From assembly GCF_036321535.1 (NCBI RefSeq), contig NC_087438.1, forward strand, positions 11,100,001 to 11,164,000: 64,000 bases of DNA, read 5' to 3'. This stretch comes from Camelus dromedarius (lineage: Eukaryota). Positions within the stretch are counted from its first letter, which is position 1; the number at the start of each line of letters is the position of its first letter. The notes below the pieces were generated by a model. It was given only the letters and a program-made list of their open reading frames with translations. It was not told the DNA's origin and ran no database searches. Below, piece after piece: positions 36,695 to 51,095 of the stretch. The position numbers and the translations under genes were made by a program.

Positions 36695-37210
36695 TGTGTC
36701 AGAGGTCCCTAAGACTACCTTCAAGGCTCAATAATTCACAGGACTCAAAAATTATTATACTTATGGTTACAGTTTATCACAGTGAAAGGATACAGATTAA
36801 AATCAGCAAAGGAAAAAAGGCTCATTTGTTTAAGTCCAGGAGAAGCAGGGCATAAGCTTCTAAGTGTCCTCTCCCAGTGGAGTCACATGGGGTGTGCCTG
36901 ATTTTCCCGGCAGTGATGTGGGACAACGCGTGCGAAGTATTAACAACCAGGGACACTGACTCTAGCCTTGGTACCAACCTGGAAGTCTCCCCTGAGGCTG
37001 AGTTTCTATTGGGGGTCAGTCATGTAGGCATACAGCTACTCAGATTTCAGCCTCTTGGAGCAAAAATAGGCACTCACTGTAAATAAATAAATTTATCTGG
37101 TCATGTTAGTCTGGAATGGCTCAAGGTCTCAGGAATACAAAAATACTCTTAACAGGCAGAATATTCTAAAGGTTCAGAGGCTACTTCCTAGGAGCCAACC
37201 CAGGGGCAGA
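36695..37210 (-). mobile_element. MER21/MER77-like ERVL LTR
   Basis: TGTGTCAGAGGTCCCTAAGACTACC...GTTTATCACAGTGAAAGGATACAGATTAAAATCAGCAAAGGAAAA. Confidence 0.75.
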
Positions 37211-39979
37211 CATAGATAAGTAGTAAGTGGATAAAACATATATACATAGAAAGGAACCAAAAGCAAGAGCATGCAAGTATTATGATCTCTGAGTTGTGAC
37301 ATACATGATTTATTCTTTCTTAATCATACTTTTAATAATTTTCTGAAATTCGCATTAGAATAAAGAACTATTACAATAAAAACATTATTAAATGTAGTTG
37401 GTGATGTGGTGACTTTGTAATGACATGAAATGCAACTCTAAAAAAAGCTAATTTCAAGGTTGGCTAATAGATCCCTGCTGGACAGCAAACTCAGCATTTT
37501 CAGGAATGTACTGGTGGTTTGGAATGGTTAAATGGGACTGGCTCTGGGGTGGAGGCAGATTGGCTGGGGTCACATGAGGGTTTGTGGGAGGCCGAAATGG
37601 TCACGTGTCAGTAAATCCTTTTTAGTCTGCGTGTTTGTTATAATGCCATTTTCATTTCAGTTTTAGGAGTTCACAAGATTTTACCTCATCTAGCCCAGTT
37701 TTCCTTAGTTACCTACCCTTTCAACTTAATCAGTCATAGTTTATGGAAGCCTACTGTGTACCTGGCACTAAACTGGTCTTTGTATGCTACCATTCCCCCC
37801 TTCCTCATCCTGCCCCCCTCCACCTTTTCTAGGACATAAACTACATCAAATTTAATTTACCTGCCTCCTGTTGTTGCCTTCCTCTATGACATGAAGTTAT
37901 ACTCAAAGACACTCTTTGTTGGTCTTGTTGGCTTGAGGTCAAGATTGTGCGATCTTTGATAAATTACCAACCCCCCTAGACCTTGGTGTCTCCAATCATA
38001 AAATGGAGGTACTTTTAGTAAGAATATCATAGCTTCTGTGAGATGATGTGTCTTGTATAAAATGTTAACATACTGATTGATATATAGTGAGTACTAAACC
38101 AACGTTATAACTGGTTTGTTATTAAAACTAAACCATATGTGCCCGATATGCTTGGTGAGGAAGTGTTCGGTGTTGTGTAGTCCGCTGTGTCTTTTTGCAA
38201 TGTCTGTTTCTTGTAGACACTAAAATTGAAGAGCTTTGGTTTCCTGAAAATTCTTAGCATAGTCACAGAGGTTCCCCATTTTAATAATAAATGATATTGT
38301 CTTCCACCGCTTAAAAATATTTAGAAGTGAGAGTGAACGTTTCTTGAATAATCTGGTCCAGATACTGGTTTAATTTGTTAAGGAGAAGAAGCTGTGACTG
38401 AATTGTTCTTCAACAGCCTTTATTTTTCTGGATATAGCACTTGGATAAAGGCCACATTTCTAAGATAATTCCTTGAGGATGTAGTCTGAGGGCCAAATTA
38501 TTGTTTGTATCAGTCAGATATTTTCTTGGCTGAGTTGAAAATTAAAGGCTTTAATTAAGGCTGAATAAAAATCACCCTTTCTAAACCTTCCTGACCACCC
38601 GGAATCAAAACTGCCTCATCGTTAGAAAATTTCAGTGACCATTGCCCTCACTCACGGGGCTCTGCTTCCAGGGTTGTCCTCCAATATCTGCTCATCCTTC
38701 AGCTGTGTCTTCCAGGTCTCTAATCAGAGAACAAAGGGTCTTATGTCTTTAGAGGGGGAGATTCAGAGTTAAAGAAAAACTCACATCACATACATCAATG
38801 TTGTCAATCAAACACAAACAGAGCAGTGGTTATAGGGGTGAATGGATTCAAGAACCACTTAGGGCTTCATGGGGGCAGAACTTTGTGGATGGATTGGATA
38901 TCTGAATAAAGGAGAAGGCTCAAAGAGTATCCCCTGTTTCTCATGTGGATGATGGTTAGACAGGGGTGCTGTTCACCAAGTGGGGGATATGCTGCACCAG
39001 GAGCTCAATTTGGGGGCAAGATAGTGTGTTCCCGATTTGTTGACTCTGGGGTAACTATGCCCATATGGGGATGCCCAGTAGCCTTTCCAGTCCAAGCTGG
39101 GAAGGAAATCTGGGTCAGAGAGACCCGGGAGCTTCAGCCTGTAGTTGCAATCACTCAAGTGCATGCCGTTGGGCAAGGAAAGTGTTTCTTAGAGAATCAC
39201 ACTGTGAGTCCAGTGCCAGCCACCCTCCTGTCCTGATGCTCTGTATCCTGTGGCTGCTTTATAAACATTTGATGAAAATGATGAAAAACTGATTGGCTTG
39301 TGGGGATACATTGTTTTCTCATTTCGGCTCCAAAGAAATGCCAAAACGTTTTTGTGGTGGGATACAGAGTGTATGGCGTGTGGTTGTGAGTGATATTAAG
39401 CATTGTTTACGTGTAGGGAGCTGAGGGAATTTGTGAATGAGTTTCAGAGATCCCACAGAGACAGGAAATTACATACAGAAATGGGTAGAGGAGACATAAT
39501 TTTTTATCAGATTCTCAAAGAGTCGTGAAAATGGTTGAATAAATGTTATCCTGGAGGCAAATAACGGGAACAAAGGTCATGTCAGAATAACTCAGAAAAC
39601 CAGAAAAATCACCTCAACAGTGAAGGATCTTGGTTCCTCTGGGCTGTGCTTTTTCACCGTGTGCTGGTTGCGCAGCATCGGAGGAATCTGGGTCAGGAGT
39701 TTCATTGTGTGGCTTGGCAGCATCAAAGGCCAAAATATGATTAATTCTCCATGTGGATAATTTGGAAGTCTGAGGAATGTAGGGAGGATCAGGGGTAATT
39801 TTCAAAATCTGGCTACTTCTTCAGCCAGAGTATTCACTCCCTTGTTTACTACAGATGAGACAAAGGGAGGCACTTTTGAGAATATTCAACAAAATATTGC
39901 TAGTTGCTTAATGTGGGAGTAGCACCCCTCCCGCACCTCCACTCCACACCCCCGGCCCCAACCCTTTTTGCTTTCCTCT

Positions 39980-41035
39980 TAAATAGATTTTATTTTTTGA
40001 GAGCAGCTTTAGGTTCACAGCAAAACTGAGAAAAATGTCCAGTGATTTCCCACATAACCTCTGCCCCCACGTACTCACAGCCTCCCTCATAGCAACACCC
40101 TCCACCAGAGTGGTGCAGGCATTACCACTGATGAACCTGGACCGACACGTCATGGTCACTCAGAGTCCACTGTTCACATTAGGGTTCACTCTTAGTGTTG
40201 TACATTCTAGGGGGTTTGACAGATGTCTGGTGACAGGTACCCACAGTTGTAGTGTCACACAGAACAGTTTCCCTGCCCTAGAAAACCCACGGTGCGCCAT
40301 ACCTTCATCCCTCGCTCCCCACTAACCCCTGGCAACTGCTGATCTTTTGACTGTCTCCATAGTGTTGTCTTTTCCAGAATGTGAGATACTGTAGTTGGGA
40401 TGATACCGTATGTACCCTTTTCAGATTGGCTTCTCTCACTCAGTAATAGGCATTTAAGTCTCCTCCATGTCTTTTTAAAAAAATTATTTATTGAAGTGTA
40501 GTTAATTTACAGTGTTAGTTTCAGGGCAAGTTTTGTCCATGTCTTTTCATGGATTGATAGTGCATTGCTTTTTAACACCGAATAATAGCCCATTGTCTGG
40601 GTGGACCTCAGTTTATTTATCCATTGACTTACTGAAGAGCATCTTGGCTGCTTCCAAGTTTTGGCAATTATGAATAAACATCCATTTGCAGGTTTTTGTG
40701 TGGAAGTAAGTTTTCAGCTCATTTGGGTAAGTCTCAAGGAATGTGATTGCTGGATCATATGGTAAGAGTATTTAGTTCTGGAAGAAACCACCTGGTTGCC
40801 TTCCAAAGTGGCTGCACCATTTTGCACTCCCACCGGCAAGGAGCCGGACTTCCTGTTGTTCCACATCCTTGCTAGCATTTGGTGTTTTCAATGTTCTCGA
40901 TTTTGGCTGTTCTAATACCTGTGTAGTGACATTTTACCATTGTTTTAATTTGCATTCCCCTGATGACCTAGGATGTGGAGCATCTTTTTATATGCATCTT
41001 TTCCATCTCTGTAACTTCTTTGGAGACCAGCATTT
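39980..41035 (-). mobile_element. L1MC1/2-like 3' end
   Basis: GAGAGCAGCTTTAGGTTCACAGCAAAACTGAG...TTCCAAAGTGGCTGCACCATTTTGCACTCCCACC...TTTAATTTGCATTCCCCTGATGAC. Confidence 0.85.
40476..40535 (-). mobile_element. 60-bp severely 5'-truncated L1 insertion
   Basis: L1 3' tip (TTATTGAAGTGTAGTTAATTTACAGTGTTAGTTTCAGG) between perfect 12-bp TSDs TCCATGTCTTTT (40464-40475 / 40536-40547). Confidence 0.8.
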
Positions 41036-43492
41036 TTAACAAGATATCAAATGATGAGTTTTGACTGAGGCATGAAAACACAGTAGATATGATGCCCCAA
41101 AGACTCCAGACCGAATACAGATTTTTTTTTAGTAAAATTTCGAAAACCAGTTTTATAATGCTTGAATCACTCACTACGTGCATAGGGGATAAAAAGAGTT
41201 GAGTTATGAAGATGAAAAGAGAAAATATGAAAGCAGATATCTTTAGAGAGAATTGTTGGTGTTACGTGGGCCTCCTCCCCCTACCCAGAGAGGACAGGAG
41301 GGGTGCCTGCCCTTCCCTTTAAGGCCATTTAAGAGATGAAGGTCTGTATTCTCCTTGGAAAATCCTCTTGGCGAGCTACTTCAGTGTGCAGAGCAAAGTG
41401 AATGTATGGGGAAGAAGATGCTGGAGTATTTCCTAAGGATGTGAGGACCCCGTGAGCAAGAGATAAGGTCTTAGATGCTGTCAAATAGGTGCCCCTGGGG
41501 TTGACTAGCTCTGGCGAAGGGAAGCTGGGGGTATCATTGGACCTTGGGTTGCAGAAGGAGTATGTGGCCAGCTTGACACTCTCCCATTTCAAGGGACCTG
41601 CTGTGAGAGATAATGAGCTATGGTGAGGAGTAGCCCATAGAATCCAGAAAAATGGATTAAATGTTAGCCGAGCCCAGGCTCCATCTGTGCCAGTCAAGTG
41701 AGGTCTCTTCTGCTCATCTTGTTCCTCCTCCACATAGAAGTCAGTTCCCTGAGTTTTTATCCAGGAGTGGGGGGAAGTTTCCCTTTATTGAATACATTCT
41801 AAAGGAGTAGTGGAGGACCGAAATACTTTGTGAGTCTTGCTTATTCAGTGTGCTGTTACCTATGGAAAAGGTGGCACAATAGGAAAACCAGTTTGAAGGT
41901 TGTAGCTGTCTACAGGAAACAACTCTTCATAGGGTATGTTTCTGAGAACACGATTTTCTCTTAGAAGCAAGTCCCTACTATTCTATTCTTTATCTGCTAA
42001 TAGCACATAGAAAGACCCCAGGTTATGCATTTCAGTGGGTTTGCTATTAGAAAATTCAAGCAAAGACAAATATCTTCAGGGAGTAAACTGAAGATGCCAG
42101 TCACCCCCTTCGGTGTCTTACACAACATAATTGCATTGAGAGGATTGGAGGATGTAGAATAATAGGTTTTTGCTAAATCCTAGGACAGAAATCAACAGAT
42201 TCAAGTTGACATTGAAAGTCAAGTTTTTAAGAAATTACTGGCATTCATGGGTTCAGAATATTAATGGCAAATGTGCTCAGGGAACCTAATACTCTCTCTT
42301 CCATGCACCCTGGCAGGGCCCTCTATTTAAATCTGTTTAAATGCATCAACTCTGATTATGAAAGGCCCCACACAGGCCGCTTGCGCTTGGAGGGGCTGGT
42401 GGGGCGCAGTGGGTCAGTGACATTGTGTTGGTATGATTCCAGCAGAAATGCGGGGCAAATCAGTGTGTTTGCTTACTTGTGGGTTTACACAAACTCCGAA
42501 AGCGTGTTTGGGTAGTTCTTCTGTACAGATTTAGAGACAGCATATATTAGAGGAGCCAGTGAAAAATGTTGATGGAGGAGAAAATAAAAATGTATTCTTA
42601 TGAATGGTAGACAGAAGAAAAAATTCTGGAGGATAAATCAGAGGAAAAAGCACATACAATTTTTATTAGCTTACAGAACTCAAATGATTTGCAGATGTTC
42701 GGCTGAGCGTTTCACATAAAACATACTTATATACCTGGGCTTTTTTCCCCCTCACTTATTTTAATAGCTGAAGCATCTTTCTCTTGTGAACAATTTATTC
42801 TAATGGCAATAAAAATGCAACAGCACCACCTCATTATACCCAACAGCAAATGACTTGCACTGCATCTTAGCTGGCTTTGTAGGGTTGAGCTCTGATGACT
42901 GATGGCAACCCCTGCTAACCAGGCACTTGGATGAGTGACGTTGTAGACAGGGAACCATAGAAAAATAGCCCAGCTCTTAGAGTGGTACTCAGCTTTCATG
43001 TTTCTCCTGACCCACACACTACCATAAAGTTCAGAACAAGGATGTCAGGCAATCTTTGAATTTCACAGAAGGGTTTTTGTAAGCTGAGTCGTTCTTGCTG
43101 GTCTACATAATACTTTGTTTACCTGCTACCTTTTTTTAAGTTGACTGTGAGTCATCTGTACCTTTACCATTTGGGCTGTGATGCGTTTGTCCACCATAAA
43201 TCTTCTATTGTTGAGGGAGACAGACTGGGGACTCTCGGTGTCCCAAAAGACAGATTTTATCAGATACTCTACACTTATTTTTTGAAGGTGTGGGCGGCTG
43301 CCCCTCCTCCAGTTTATCTCTGCCTTGGAGCATTCATGAAAGGAGGCCATCTTTCCGATATACATCTCCTAGGCTTTCTTTTGCAAATTGAAGAATATTA
43401 TGTAAATAATATTTTAATTATTTTATAAAACAGTGGCATTTTTCATATGACTCAAAGTATTCTTTAAATTCATTAAAAAAATAGTTTAACAC

Positions 43493-44135
43493 TTAGAACT
43501 ACCATATGATCCAGCAGTTCCACTCCTGGGTATATACCTGAAGAAAACAAAAGTACTACTTCAGAAAGATAACATGCACCTCGGTGTTCACAGCAGGAGC
43601 ATTATTTACAGTAGTTAAGATATGGAAGCAACCTAAGTGTCCCATCGACAGATGAATGGATAAAGAAGATGTGGTGTGTGTGTGTGTATATATATGTACA
43701 TACTATGGAATATTACTCAGTCATAAAAAAGAATGAAATTCTGCCATTTGTAACCATGTGTAGAGGCCGAGTATTATGCTTAGTGAAATAAGAGAAACAC
43801 GTTATCACTTATATGTGGAATCTAAAAAATGAAGCAAATGAATATATATATTGAAATGAAAACAGATTCACAGACATGGAGAACAAACTAGTGATTACCA
43901 GTGGGGAGAGGGAGGGAGGGAGGGGCAAGATAGAGCTAGAGGATTAAGAGACAGAAACTATATAAATAATAGATAAGCAACAAGAATGTATTGTACAGGG
44001 AAATATAGCCACTGTTTTGTAATAACTTTAGATAGAATATAATCTATAAAAGTACTACATCTCTATGCCAGGCACCTGAAACTAATATAATATTGTAACT
44101 CAAGTACACATCAATAAAACAAAATTTTAAAAAAT
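43493..44135 (+). mobile_element. L1 3' end (ORF2 C-terminus and 3' UTR)
   Basis: AGAACTACCATATGATCCAGCAGTTCCACTCCTGGGTATATAC... ending in AATAAA and an A tail. TSD AAAAATAGTT(T)AACAC (~43477-43492 / 44136-44150). Confidence 0.9.
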
Positions 44136-47100
44136 AAAAATAGTTAACACAATTCTTGACAAGGATCCTTCATTTTACTCTGTTTATGGGTTTTCAGGAA
44201 ATACATGGTTGGGTGAAAATCTGATTTCCTAATTGTCCCTTTTACCATTGTTTCACGGTAATAGCTTTTTCAGAATGACTTGATTATCCATTTTTCCCCG
44301 GGTAAAGATAGAATAAACCATGGAAGAACTAGTTTGAGGGAGATGGGACTCCCTGAATAGAGCACTTTGCCTTAATTGACAGGGAGATACCATTAAAAAG
44401 GTCATGAATCAGGGTCAATGTTAACTTGCTTTTCTTGTCCTTCTAATCAAGTATCTGTTTCACTAAAGGGACCCTTTTTAAAACAAAGTGCCCAAAGTAT
44501 ATTTCACTGATTGGTTATATGGTCCTTTTGAAGGGCAACGTGTTATTGTAAATCAAAATTTTAAATTTGCTAAGTGTCTTTTACTGAGCCATTTTGCCTC
44601 AGAATCTGACCTGCAGGAAGACTTGTTCCAAGTTTTTTTTTTCCCCCCCAAGCACACGGGACTAAGTCCAGATGTTTCTTCCTAGGACTCAGTCTCATCT
44701 CCCAGGGGGTAATCTCCTGCCTGCCTCTCTGACCCCCTGCCCTCCAGCCTCTACCAATGAGGCAAGGCAGCCCTGAGCAGCTCTCCAAGGCTCAGGGTAA
44801 AATTCTGTTTGGTGGTAGGAGAAAAAGAATGAAAGTAAAATGTTTTTTGGTGACATTTCCCGTGGGCTCATCAAGTTGTGAGATTTTGTGTCCCTTGCCT
44901 TATGTCCCTCCTTCTCTATCTGTGTGTGTGTGAGTGTGTGTGCGCTCACATGTGAGTATGCATCTGCAGATACATTTTCATTTTGGCTCAACTATTTGCA
45001 AATAAAGTGCAGCTCTAATAACACCTCACTCCCAAATACTCCAGCACGAGAGTCTCGAGTCTTGTAGAAAGAAAGCCATTCTCTTACATAATCACAATGC
45101 CAGTATCTCACCCATACTGTTTGTATTCAAATGTAGAGTTTATTTTGCTTTTCATTTCTTGGGAGGATTTAATTGTATTTTTTAATATGGGAAACCGTTG
45201 AAAGGTTTAAAAGTCAAAACTGTATGTATATCAAAAGGTGTAGGCAGAGAAGCACTGTTCCCTTCCCCTTCCTTTGCCCCCACCGTCCCCCGCCCCAAGC
45301 ATCCCTCTGGGAAGCCATTTTTACTACTTTCCAGGCTACCCTTCCTCTGTTTCTTTTTGCACGAATAAGTGTGTGAGTGGGGATTTCCTTTCTTCTGTCT
45401 TAACACAGAAGGCAGTCTGCTTTTAGATGCAGCTTTTTTTTTTTTAACCTAATATATCCTGATTATATTTCCTTGTAAGTTCCTAGAGATCTTTGTCTAA
45501 ATGAGGACTCATTAGTTGACAGGTAACGTTCTTTAAGAAACCGTATCCTGAATTAAACATCAGAATTGATACATCATTATACTTTATACCAGTGACCTTG
45601 CTTTATTTAAGTGTTTTTAAAGAAAAAAATTGCAATCTTTTAAATATTTATCTTCAGTGAATACTATAACAGTATGGTTCTTTGTATATTTCCAAATAAC
45701 TTTCATGCAGACTTTTTTCATTGGCTTTCATGTAACTGTATATGGCATTAAGTGAATGTATCCACATTTTCTTGATTATCCCACTTAACTGGTTAATAAA
45801 TGCAGGTCCGGGAGGCATAGGAAACTTTTCTGCCATCACCCATCAGACCTTCCTATGAATGTTCTACAACCCTGCAATGACAAATTATTTTAGCTACAAT
45901 TTTAGCACATTCTGTGATATTTTTTTCCAATATAATTACTGTAACTGTCTACCCTGGGGAGTATGATCATGTATTTCATACACTTAAGCCTATAACTGTC
46001 ATTATTCCTTTGGCACAATTTCAACATTTGTGAAGAGCAAGAAATTTCAAACTTCTATGTTTTTTTTCCCCTAAATCATAAATGGTTCTTTGTGATGTCA
46101 GTAGGCATGGAGCAGAGGAGAGATAAACTTCAGAATCCATCAGACCTTTTGCATATTTTGACAAATCTCAAATGTTCCAAACTGCGAATTCCTTTTCTGC
46201 TTTTTAAATCATGAGATAGACTAAAACACGAACAAGGTTACTCTGTTTTATGTTAATGTCCCCATGATTTTTATGCCCCTTTATGCAAACAGGAGAGGTG
46301 ATTTGCTTCCAGAATACAGAAGAACTGGTTTCCTGAGCTAGAGACAGCTTGGGGACCGGTGCAGAGAAGGAGATGACCTACCAGCTGCCCTTTGCATGCT
46401 GAAGGAAAATTTGAGGTTCCTAAGCAGTGAAAGTCTAAATATAGGTTTAATGGATGACCATTTGTGAGTAATACAGAGGAGAGTTGGCCTTAGAAGAGAG
46501 ATATTTTCTTCCAGTGTTTCCAAAAGGAAATCAACAACCCCACTTTGGTCCAACAACTATTTATACTGTTTTTAATATGTAACAGGCTTCGAGCTAGGCA
46601 TTGGGGGTAAACTGATGAATAAGGCACATTCCCTACTTTTAAGACCAGTCTAGCAAGGACTAAATTATTTACTGTGGTTTGTATCTTCACGACACTGGAA
46701 ATGTGCAGGGAGAAACTGTTGGTGGGTCGGTGGGAATTTGACAAGCAGGGGTCTGGTGATCAGTGAGATGCACAGAAAGGTGAAGAGCAAAATGTCAAGC
46801 TCCCTCAGAAGGCTAGTGGGTGATGAGGGTTGGTTATTGGGCCACTGAGCTGTCAGTGAGGTATCTATTTCTTTTAAAGTCTTCCAACTGTTTGGAAATG
46901 GTTCTCAAAACGAATTAGGCCTAGGAAACAAATGTACTTGGCCTGCCAAATCTGCATTACTCTGTCCTCTGTCAGCAGTTAGACTGCCCTTGCTCCTCCA
47001 GACATGCTTCTATTTCAGTCGGTCAAGGAACCCTCCTCACATGAGTACTCACTGGAAAGATGCTGAAATTGTTGTATGTGACAGTCAAAGCGTCCTTTTA

Positions 47101-47236
47101 AGAGTTAATTATTCCTTGAGCCTGTCTTTGACCATGACTGTTTTCATTATTGGTTTGATTTTGCAGTTGCTTATCTAGTATGTTGTTAAGGCATCTGATA
47201 ATGCCAGCTCACCCATTTTGGGGTGTAATCTCTACA

Positions 47237-47248
47237 ACACACACACAT

Positions 47249-47300
<52 letters not shown>
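47237..47300. repeat. (CA)n microsatellite
   Basis: Long CA array seen directly. Confidence 0.95.
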
Positions 47301-47302
<2 letters not shown>

Positions 47303-48849
47303 ACCCCATCCCTCTACACATACCTTAGATGCCACCAAAAATAAACAGGAAAGATACATTATATTTCCTTTAAGTTTGGGGCCTAGGCTTATACTCATGG
47401 GTAATTTCAGAGTAGGATGGAGATATAGAAGTTGCCTGTGAGTAGGGAAATTAAACAGCCCAGTGGAAGTCACTTCTAGCCTTGAAACACTCATGATGCC
47501 TCTTAATTGCTTAAAAGCACAGAGAAGTGTCCTGTTAACTACTCAGCAGAATTCGCCTTCCTCCATGAATCATGTGAACTTTACCTTCATCTGACCTTGT
47601 TCGCTTTAGCCCATCGTATTTCTTATTTGTTCATTTTTTGATTCAGTGGGTCATTATATATCCCCTTCAATGTGCCAAGGTAAAATCTCCCGACACTTTA
47701 CTATGAGGATATTGAGATTTTCTGTATCTAGCGGAGGAAGGAAAAGGATCTTCCTGGCGACATTGCTCCCACATTCTGCACATCTTTTATAGACAGAGGT
47801 GGTATCTCCCCACCTGACTGTTTCTGAGACATACGGGAATAACCTTAGAGAAATTAGGAAGACAAGTTTATTTCTCCTGTGCAGTCCTCTCTGCTCGCAC
47901 TGATTCCGTATTTCTCATCACACATTATCCTTATTCTCATCATCATGGTTCAGGTACCAGTCCTACCTGTCACCAGTTCAGTCCATAAACCTTTATTGAA
48001 CACTGGCCCTGCGCTAGACACTCCACTAGCTCTTTTGACCCTCATTAAACAATAGACTATCTTATGAGGCGGTATAATGTTTTATTGGCAGATATATTAG
48101 TTTATAATTTAGAAAGGGAAACTAGGAGCAATGGAGTAATGGAACTGACTGCCCCAGGACTGGGGATTCTACATGAATGGGGTAGACAGTCCCTCTTGGA
48201 CACTAGGGTCTACTGATGGCATTAGCAGCTAGATAAGGAACACCCCCTCCCACCAAAAAAAATCCCACAGTGTGATGAGGAGCTTCTGCCCAATGTCTTT
48301 TTTATTTATTATCATCTCTAGTATTTCTCCAGTGTTATTCCCTCATATTTGGTGAGGATTGCAGACATGGTGTTAACACACCAGCATTTGAAACTTACAC
48401 ACCCCAAAATACAGATTAAATTGAATAACAGCGCTATAGAGGGGTAACAGTATATTTTCATATGATTGTCATTTTCTTCAGCTGAATGTTACTGTGGTTT
48501 TGCTTTTTTTAAAAATTTTTAATGATTTGACCCTCAATTTTCCCCTTTATTTATTGCTGACAGAATTAGTTGATGCCTTGTCCACAAATTAACACATATT
48601 CTTTGAATGGTTAGGTCTGGCATCATGATAAGAGATGCTGCGGCTAAAGTAGATGTTGGTTTTAATATCTTTGGAGCCTGATTGCAAAGACAAAGTTTAC
48701 CGTCATAAAAATATGTGGGAAAAAGTGTGCTGGTCATCATTAGAACAGCAGTTCAAAGAAGAAAAAGATACACAAGAGCTTCAGGAACTAGAGGGATCTT
48801 GCAGGGGGAAGGAGTGTAGCTGGTCCGTGAGTGCTGGGTGGGGTTTAGA

Positions 48850-49180
48850 TCTGCACTGTCCCCCATGGCAGCTACTAGTCACATGTGGCCACTGAGCCCT
48901 GGCAACATGGCTGGTTTGAATCAAGACGTGCTGTAAGTGGGAAACACACACTGGACTTTGAAAACTTAGTATGAAGACAAGTGTAAAATATCTCCTTCCT
49001 ATATTACATCAATTACATATTGAAATCATAGCATTATTGATATATTACATTAAATACAACATATTAATATTTGTTTTACCTTTTTCTTTTACTTTTTAAA
49101 TACAACTTGTAGAATGTTTAAAATGGTATATAAGGTGGGCAGTTTGGCTGGCTTCGTCTTTCTACTGGATAGATGCCTAC
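48850..49180. mobile_element. MER33-like hAT-Charlie DNA transposon
   Basis: GCAGCTACTAGTCACATGTGGCCACTGAGC...GCTGTAAGTG...ACACACTGGACTTTGAAAACTTAGTA. Confidence 0.75.
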
Positions 49181-50369
49181 AGAGAGAGGTGGGGGCTTCG
49201 CAAGTTGAATGGGGTGGAGGGGCTGGGAATGGGGATGCGGGTGGACAGAGTCCCGTGGTGTGAGGATGTGATCATGAGTCGAGTCGAAAGCCAGAAGAAA
49301 GAAGCTTTTGAACATACGGTAGTTGACACACTGAGCTTTTTGGGAGAGTGGGAAATCCAGGGGTACTGTGCCAGTGGGCATGGTCCAGCCGATTAGACAT
49401 GCTGTTGGCCTGGAGGAGAGATTTAGATCAGCGATATGGATTTGGAGACATCATCTTGCACTTAAAATTCTGGAGGTACCCGAGGTTTCCAGAGGGAAGA
49501 GGGGCCTCGGGGTGGACCTCCAGGGCCTGGTTTATGAGCTCCTTATGGGAGCTTTGCATCTGCTCTCCTGGGCCTCCTCAGGTTTGAATTCTGGGGGTGA
49601 ATGTTTAAAGAAAATTAAGAAAACTTATCACCTCCTAGGAAGTGTTCCTCTTCCATTTAGTTCCTAAGGACTGGAGGGGACTATGTGAATGTTTGGGGAG
49701 GAATGTCTGGCAGTTTGGTGCAGAGGCTGGGGTAAGCGGGGACCCAGGAGAGATGAGTGAAGGGCCGAGGGGCAGCAGCGAAGAGGGTGTGCCATCAGGC
49801 AGTGCGGGCTGGTTCCCTGGCCCCGGCTCCTAGGCCTACGGGAGGTTGGGTGTGGGCTGGTCCTAGTGAGCGGATCAGGAAGACAGACACTGACAAACTG
49901 GGAAGCATCTTGGCCAGGCATTTAAATTTTCTGTTTAACCACGAAAGGATGCTGGGAGTTTTTCTCCTAAGTCAACAATAGACCATCTTATGAAGCAGTC
50001 TGATATTTTATTAATTAATGCATTAGCTTATAATGTAGAAAGGGAAATTAGGAGCAGGGAAGACTGAATCTGAACGCCCCCTGAAGTTAATAAACTATGG
50101 TTTTGAAGGGTAGAACCAAGAACGTTTTGAACAATGATGCTTTGGAACACAGAAAGCCTCCAAAGGCGTACTCCTTGAAGGACAAACTCATGTTGATGTC
50201 TGTGTTCTGGAATGTACATTAAAAATTCATCCTAATTATTACTTCATTGACATACCTCATTAACAACAGTGGAAGTGATAATCGCCAACATTCATCAAAC
50301 ACAGCTCGAAGGCGCTGCGTGGTGCGCGGTGCCCTCCATCTGCCTGTGTTCGTACGTAGGTGGCTAACC

Positions 50370-50560
50370 ACCGGCATTTTGCTTAACCTCTCTGTTCCTC
50401 AGTCTCCTCATCTATAAAATGGGTGTGAGAACTGCATCCACCTTGTAGGAATGTTTCAGGCACTAAATGAGTTAATATGTAACGGACAGAGAGCACTTAG
50501 AATAATTTCTGGGACCTCGTACTCGTAGGAGTTTGACGGATGTTAGTGATTAGTTCACAG
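50370..50560 (+). mobile_element. MIR SINE
   Basis: CTTAACCTCTCTGTTCCTCAGTCTCCTCATCTATAAAATGGG. Confidence 0.8.
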
Positions 50561-50709
50561 AAGGCTCCCAGTGACTTCTTGGCCTCTCATATAAAGAGGA
50601 GACAGTTTTGTGTTGAAGAAGTGAAGTCAGAAGCTGGTAAGTAAGTTTTAGCACCAGTATTCAACCCAGACTTAGCCAGAATCTCAAAAAACTTGTGCCC
50701 TAAACTTCC

Positions 50710-51095
50710 CTGAATCAGTAAACTACAGCCTGCCGGCCACATGCTGCCTGTTCTCTGCCTTTGTAAGGCCCGAAAGCTCTGGATGATTTTTATGGATGGA
50801 CAGTGCCATTGAATTGATGATGGGAAACACTACTTTTGAACCCCGATTAAGGGAAATATCATATGACTCCCCCGCAAATAATTACAATCTCTCATTAGTA
50901 AATTCATATTCTGCAAGTGATTGTACTCAGTGAGAATTTTTGTATTTAGGATTTGGTAGATAAAAGAAATGTGGAAATGTGTTTTTTCTTTTGTTTTGTA
51001 AGTATCTACATAGTGACCTTGATTTTGACACCAGACCTACAAAGCGGAAAAGACTCCTCTCTGGCCCTTTCCAGGAGACGTTGCTGGATGCCGCC
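50710..51095. mobile_element. MER58-like hAT-Charlie DNA transposon
   Basis: Ends TCAGTAAACTACAGCCTGCCGGCCA... and ...CTCTGGCCCTTTCCAGGAGACGTTGCTG. Confidence 0.65.
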
